DNA from: Schleiferiaceae bacterium
Lineage (GTDB): Bacteria > Bacteroidota > Bacteroidia > Flavobacteriales > Schleiferiaceae
DNA length: 64,000 nucleotides
Direction: 5' to 3'
NCBI GenBank assembly: GCA_030829675.1
Contig: JAURAE010000001.1
Span: 16,516-80,515 of the forward strand
Shown piece after piece: positions 62,253 through 64,000 of the stretch; position 1 is the stretch's first letter; each line of letters begins with the position of its first letter. Under the pieces are notes generated by a model, which worked only from the letters and a program-made list of their open reading frames with translations, did not search any database and was not told the origin of the DNA. The translations under genes and the position numbers were made by a program.

Positions 62253-63536
62253 ATGAATACAAACTTTGTTGAAGAACTGCGTTGGAGAGGCATGTTGCAC
62301 GACATTATGCCTGAAACTGAAGAATTGTTGACCAAGGAAATGGTCAGCGGTTATATCGGCTTTGATCCTACGGCAGATTCATTGGGGGTAGGGAACATGG
62401 TGCAGATCATGACCCTCGTACACTTTCAACGCGCCGGACATAAGCCCATCGCCTTGGTTGGGGGTGCCACCGGAATGGTGGGGGATCCCTCTGGGAAAAG
62501 TGCAGAGCGTAACCTCCTGGACCTAGAGGCCCTACAGCATAACTTGAATTGTCAGAAAGCACAACTTGAGAAGTTCCTCAACTTTGATTGTGGGGACAAC
62601 AGCGCTGAAATCGTCAACAATTACGATTGGTTCAAGGAGTTTGACTTCCTCGGTTTTATCCGTGACGTTGGTAAGCACATCAGTGTAAACTACATGATGG
62701 CCAAAGACAGCGTTAAGAACAGATTGGAGACGGGCATGAGCTTTACGGAGTTCTCGTACCAGCTCATTCAAGGCTATGATTTCTACCACCTTTGGAAAAA
62801 CAATGGTGTGAAGCTACAAATGGGCGGCTCAGACCAATGGGGCAATATCACCACAGGTACGGAACTCATTCGTCGATTAGGACGTGGCTCCGCGCATGCA
62901 TTGACCACACCGTTGATTAAAAAGGCAGATGGAACCAAGTTTGGGAAGTCCGAAGGCGGCAACGTTTGGTTGGATCCGAACCGCACCTCGCCGTATGCCT
63001 TCTACCAGTTTTGGTTGAACGCGGCGGATTCCGATGCCGAGAACTACATTAAAATCTTTAGCATTAAATCTCGAGAAGAAATCGAGGCCTTGATCGCAGA
63101 ACACAATGAGGCTCCGCATCAACGCAAGCTTCAGAAAGCCTTGGCAGAAGAGGTGACCGAGCGTGTACACAGCAAAGAAGACCTCGAGAATGCTCAGGCG
63201 GCTTCACAAATCCTTTTTGGCAATGCTACAGAAGAGCAGCTTCGCAAGCTCGATCGCACCACGCTAGAGAGTGTTTTTGAAGGTGTACCACAGTTTGAAT
63301 TACCACGTACGGCGCTTGCCGGAGGCTTAGATATTGTGGAGGCCTTGGCAGAGCACACTGCCATCTTCCCTTCGAAAGGCGAAGCGCGCAAAATGGTGCA
63401 AGGCAATGGTGTGGCCATCAATAAGAGCAAGGTGGATTTGGACAAAACCCTATCCGAAGAGGATGTGGTTGCCGGCGGATTGATTATCGCGCAGAAAGGG
63501 AAGAAAAACTACTTCCTGATCGCCATCGTCGACTAA
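62253..63536 (+). CDS. tyrS: Tyrosine--tRNA ligase
   Basis: Start moved to [24 protein letters not shown] followed by GVGN where HIGH is expected. KFGKS (KMSKS) motif. C-terminal S4-like domain. Confidence 0.93.
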   Translation: MNTNFVEELRWRGMLHDIMPETEELLTKEMVSGYIGFDPTADSLGVGNMVQIMTLVHFQRAGHKPIALVGGATGMVGDPSGKSAERNLLDLEALQHNLNCQKAQLEKFLNFDCGDNSAEIVNNYDWFKEFDFLGFIRDVGKHISVNYMMAKDSVKNRLETGMSFTEFSYQLIQGYDFYHLWKNNGVKLQMGGSDQWGNITTGTELIRRLGRGSAHALTTPLIKKADGTKFGKSEGGNVWLDPNRTSPYAFYQFWLNAADSDAENYIKIFSIKSREEIEALIAEHNEAPHQRKLQKALAEEVTERVHSKEDLENAQAASQILFGNATEEQLRKLDRTTLESVFEGVPQFELPRTALAGGLDIVEALAEHTAIFPSKGEARKMVQGNGVAINKSKVDLDKTLSEEDVVAGGLIIAQKGKKNYFLIAIVD

Positions 63537-63553
63537 GCAAAATTTTACCGCAC

Positions 63554-63583
63554 AAAAAAGGCGCCCGCAGGGCGCCTTTTTTT
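63554..63583. terminator. Bidirectional rho-independent terminator between the convergent tyrS and hypothetical genes
   Basis: aaaaaa-ggcgccc-gca-gggcgcc-ttttttt: a perfect 7-bp GC stem flanked by an A-run and a T-run. Confidence 0.8.
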
Positions 63584-63983
63584 ATAACTGTACATAGTCC
63601 ATGACGATATCGTCTATTTCGGAGAGGAATCTGTCGTTCGGTCTTTGGAAGAAGTAGAACGTCCCATAATCTCTGTCTTCGGTGAGCTTGAGCTTGGGGT
63701 ATTCGAAAAGTTCTCCTTTATTGATCAGGACATAAGGCATACTGCCGCGGAAGATGAACAGGGCTTGGAGTTCAGGTTTGCCCGGATTTCTCTGATGGTC
63801 AAGGAAGGCCCAAGCATCGTATTCGCCGAAAGACTTGTTTTCCCAACCGTTTTTCTTCAGTTCATTTTCCAAATTCTCCTTCATCGAGCCCACTCGCTTT
63901 TCAGAAAAGAATTGCTCGAGCATATAGGTGGGGAAGCTTCGGCGCTCTATGTGGCGGCTATTCAATGTACCTGAAAGCACCAC
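63582..63983 (-). CDS. Hypothetical protein; the frame stays open to the window end, so the 5' end is uncertain
   Basis: ORF with a GTG at 63983, and no in-frame stop between 63984 and 64000. Candidate ATG starts at 63923 and 63884. No recognisable motifs. Confidence 0.4.
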   Translation of the reverse strand: MVLSGTLNSRHIERRSFPTYMLEQFFSEKRVGSMKENLENELKKNGWENKSFGEYDAWAFLDHQRNPGKPELQALFIFRGSMPYVLINKGELFEYPKLKLTEDRDYGTFYFFQRPNDRFLSEIDDIVMDYVQL

Positions 63984-64000
63984 TTCGTAATAATTGGACT

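Noticed and set aside
1-64000. I searched by eye for tRNA/rRNA genes, CRISPR arrays, IS elements, integrases, toxin-antitoxin pairs and restriction-modification or other defence genes.
   Set aside because: All intergenic gaps are at most about 180 nt and are accounted for by promoters and terminators. No ORF shows transposase, integrase, nuclease or methylase motifs, so nothing can be supported.

Overview
Dense chromosomal segment with almost no gaps: about 60 protein genes. I saw no rRNA or tRNA genes, CRISPR arrays, transposases, integrases or recognisable defence genes. It looks like core genome of a Bacteroidota organism, probably Flavobacteriia-like. The evidence is the SprA T9SS translocon, T9SS type A and type B C-terminal sorting domains, alternative complex III, and TAnnTTTG -7 promoter boxes 7-25 nt upstream of many first genes. 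Content from left to right: M13 peptidase (5' partial), a rhodanese-rhodanese-thioredoxin trio, a DUF3089-like lipoprotein and a SPOR protein. A colinear respiratory operon actABCDEF-coxB-coxA (alternative complex III plus aa3-type oxidase core) follows, then ruvB and queG. Next is a minus-strand envelope cluster rich in CxxC motifs (T9SS cargo, TlpA-like, predicted OM barrel, Omp28-like lipoprotein). Then come a second T9SS cargo gene, ruvA-sprA, a frameshifted gcvH, a VanZ-like gene, three tandem TonB-C paralogs and cysQ. The oxidase accessory block is cyoE, two subunit III genes, subunit IV, SCO1, DUF420 and a small CxxC protein. After it lie TolC-HlyD, tsaB, a tag-yyaL-M20 dipeptidase operon and a low-GC T9SS type B adhesin-like gene. 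The last long operon is queD-fabD-mvaD-mvk-UbiA prenyltransferase. The window ends with acpH, purS, pssA, lnt, lpdA, pabB, tilS, dsbD, a hypothetical gene, tyrS and another hypothetical gene. All family calls come from motifs read by eye and from memory of the families; no searches were run. The window is mostly housekeeping. The candidates for something undescribed are: (1) the tightly coupled TlpA / OM barrel / Omp28-like / T9SS CxxC cluster; (2) a His-rich loop (about 32 His) in ActF built from a 48-bp tandem repeat; (3) a small exported CxxC membrane protein translationally coupled to DUF420 at the end of the oxidase assembly block; (4) a UbiA-family prenyltransferase translationally coupled to the mevalonate genes. 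Oddities to check are a +1 frameshift in gcvH and a degenerate HIGH motif (GVGN) in TyrS.
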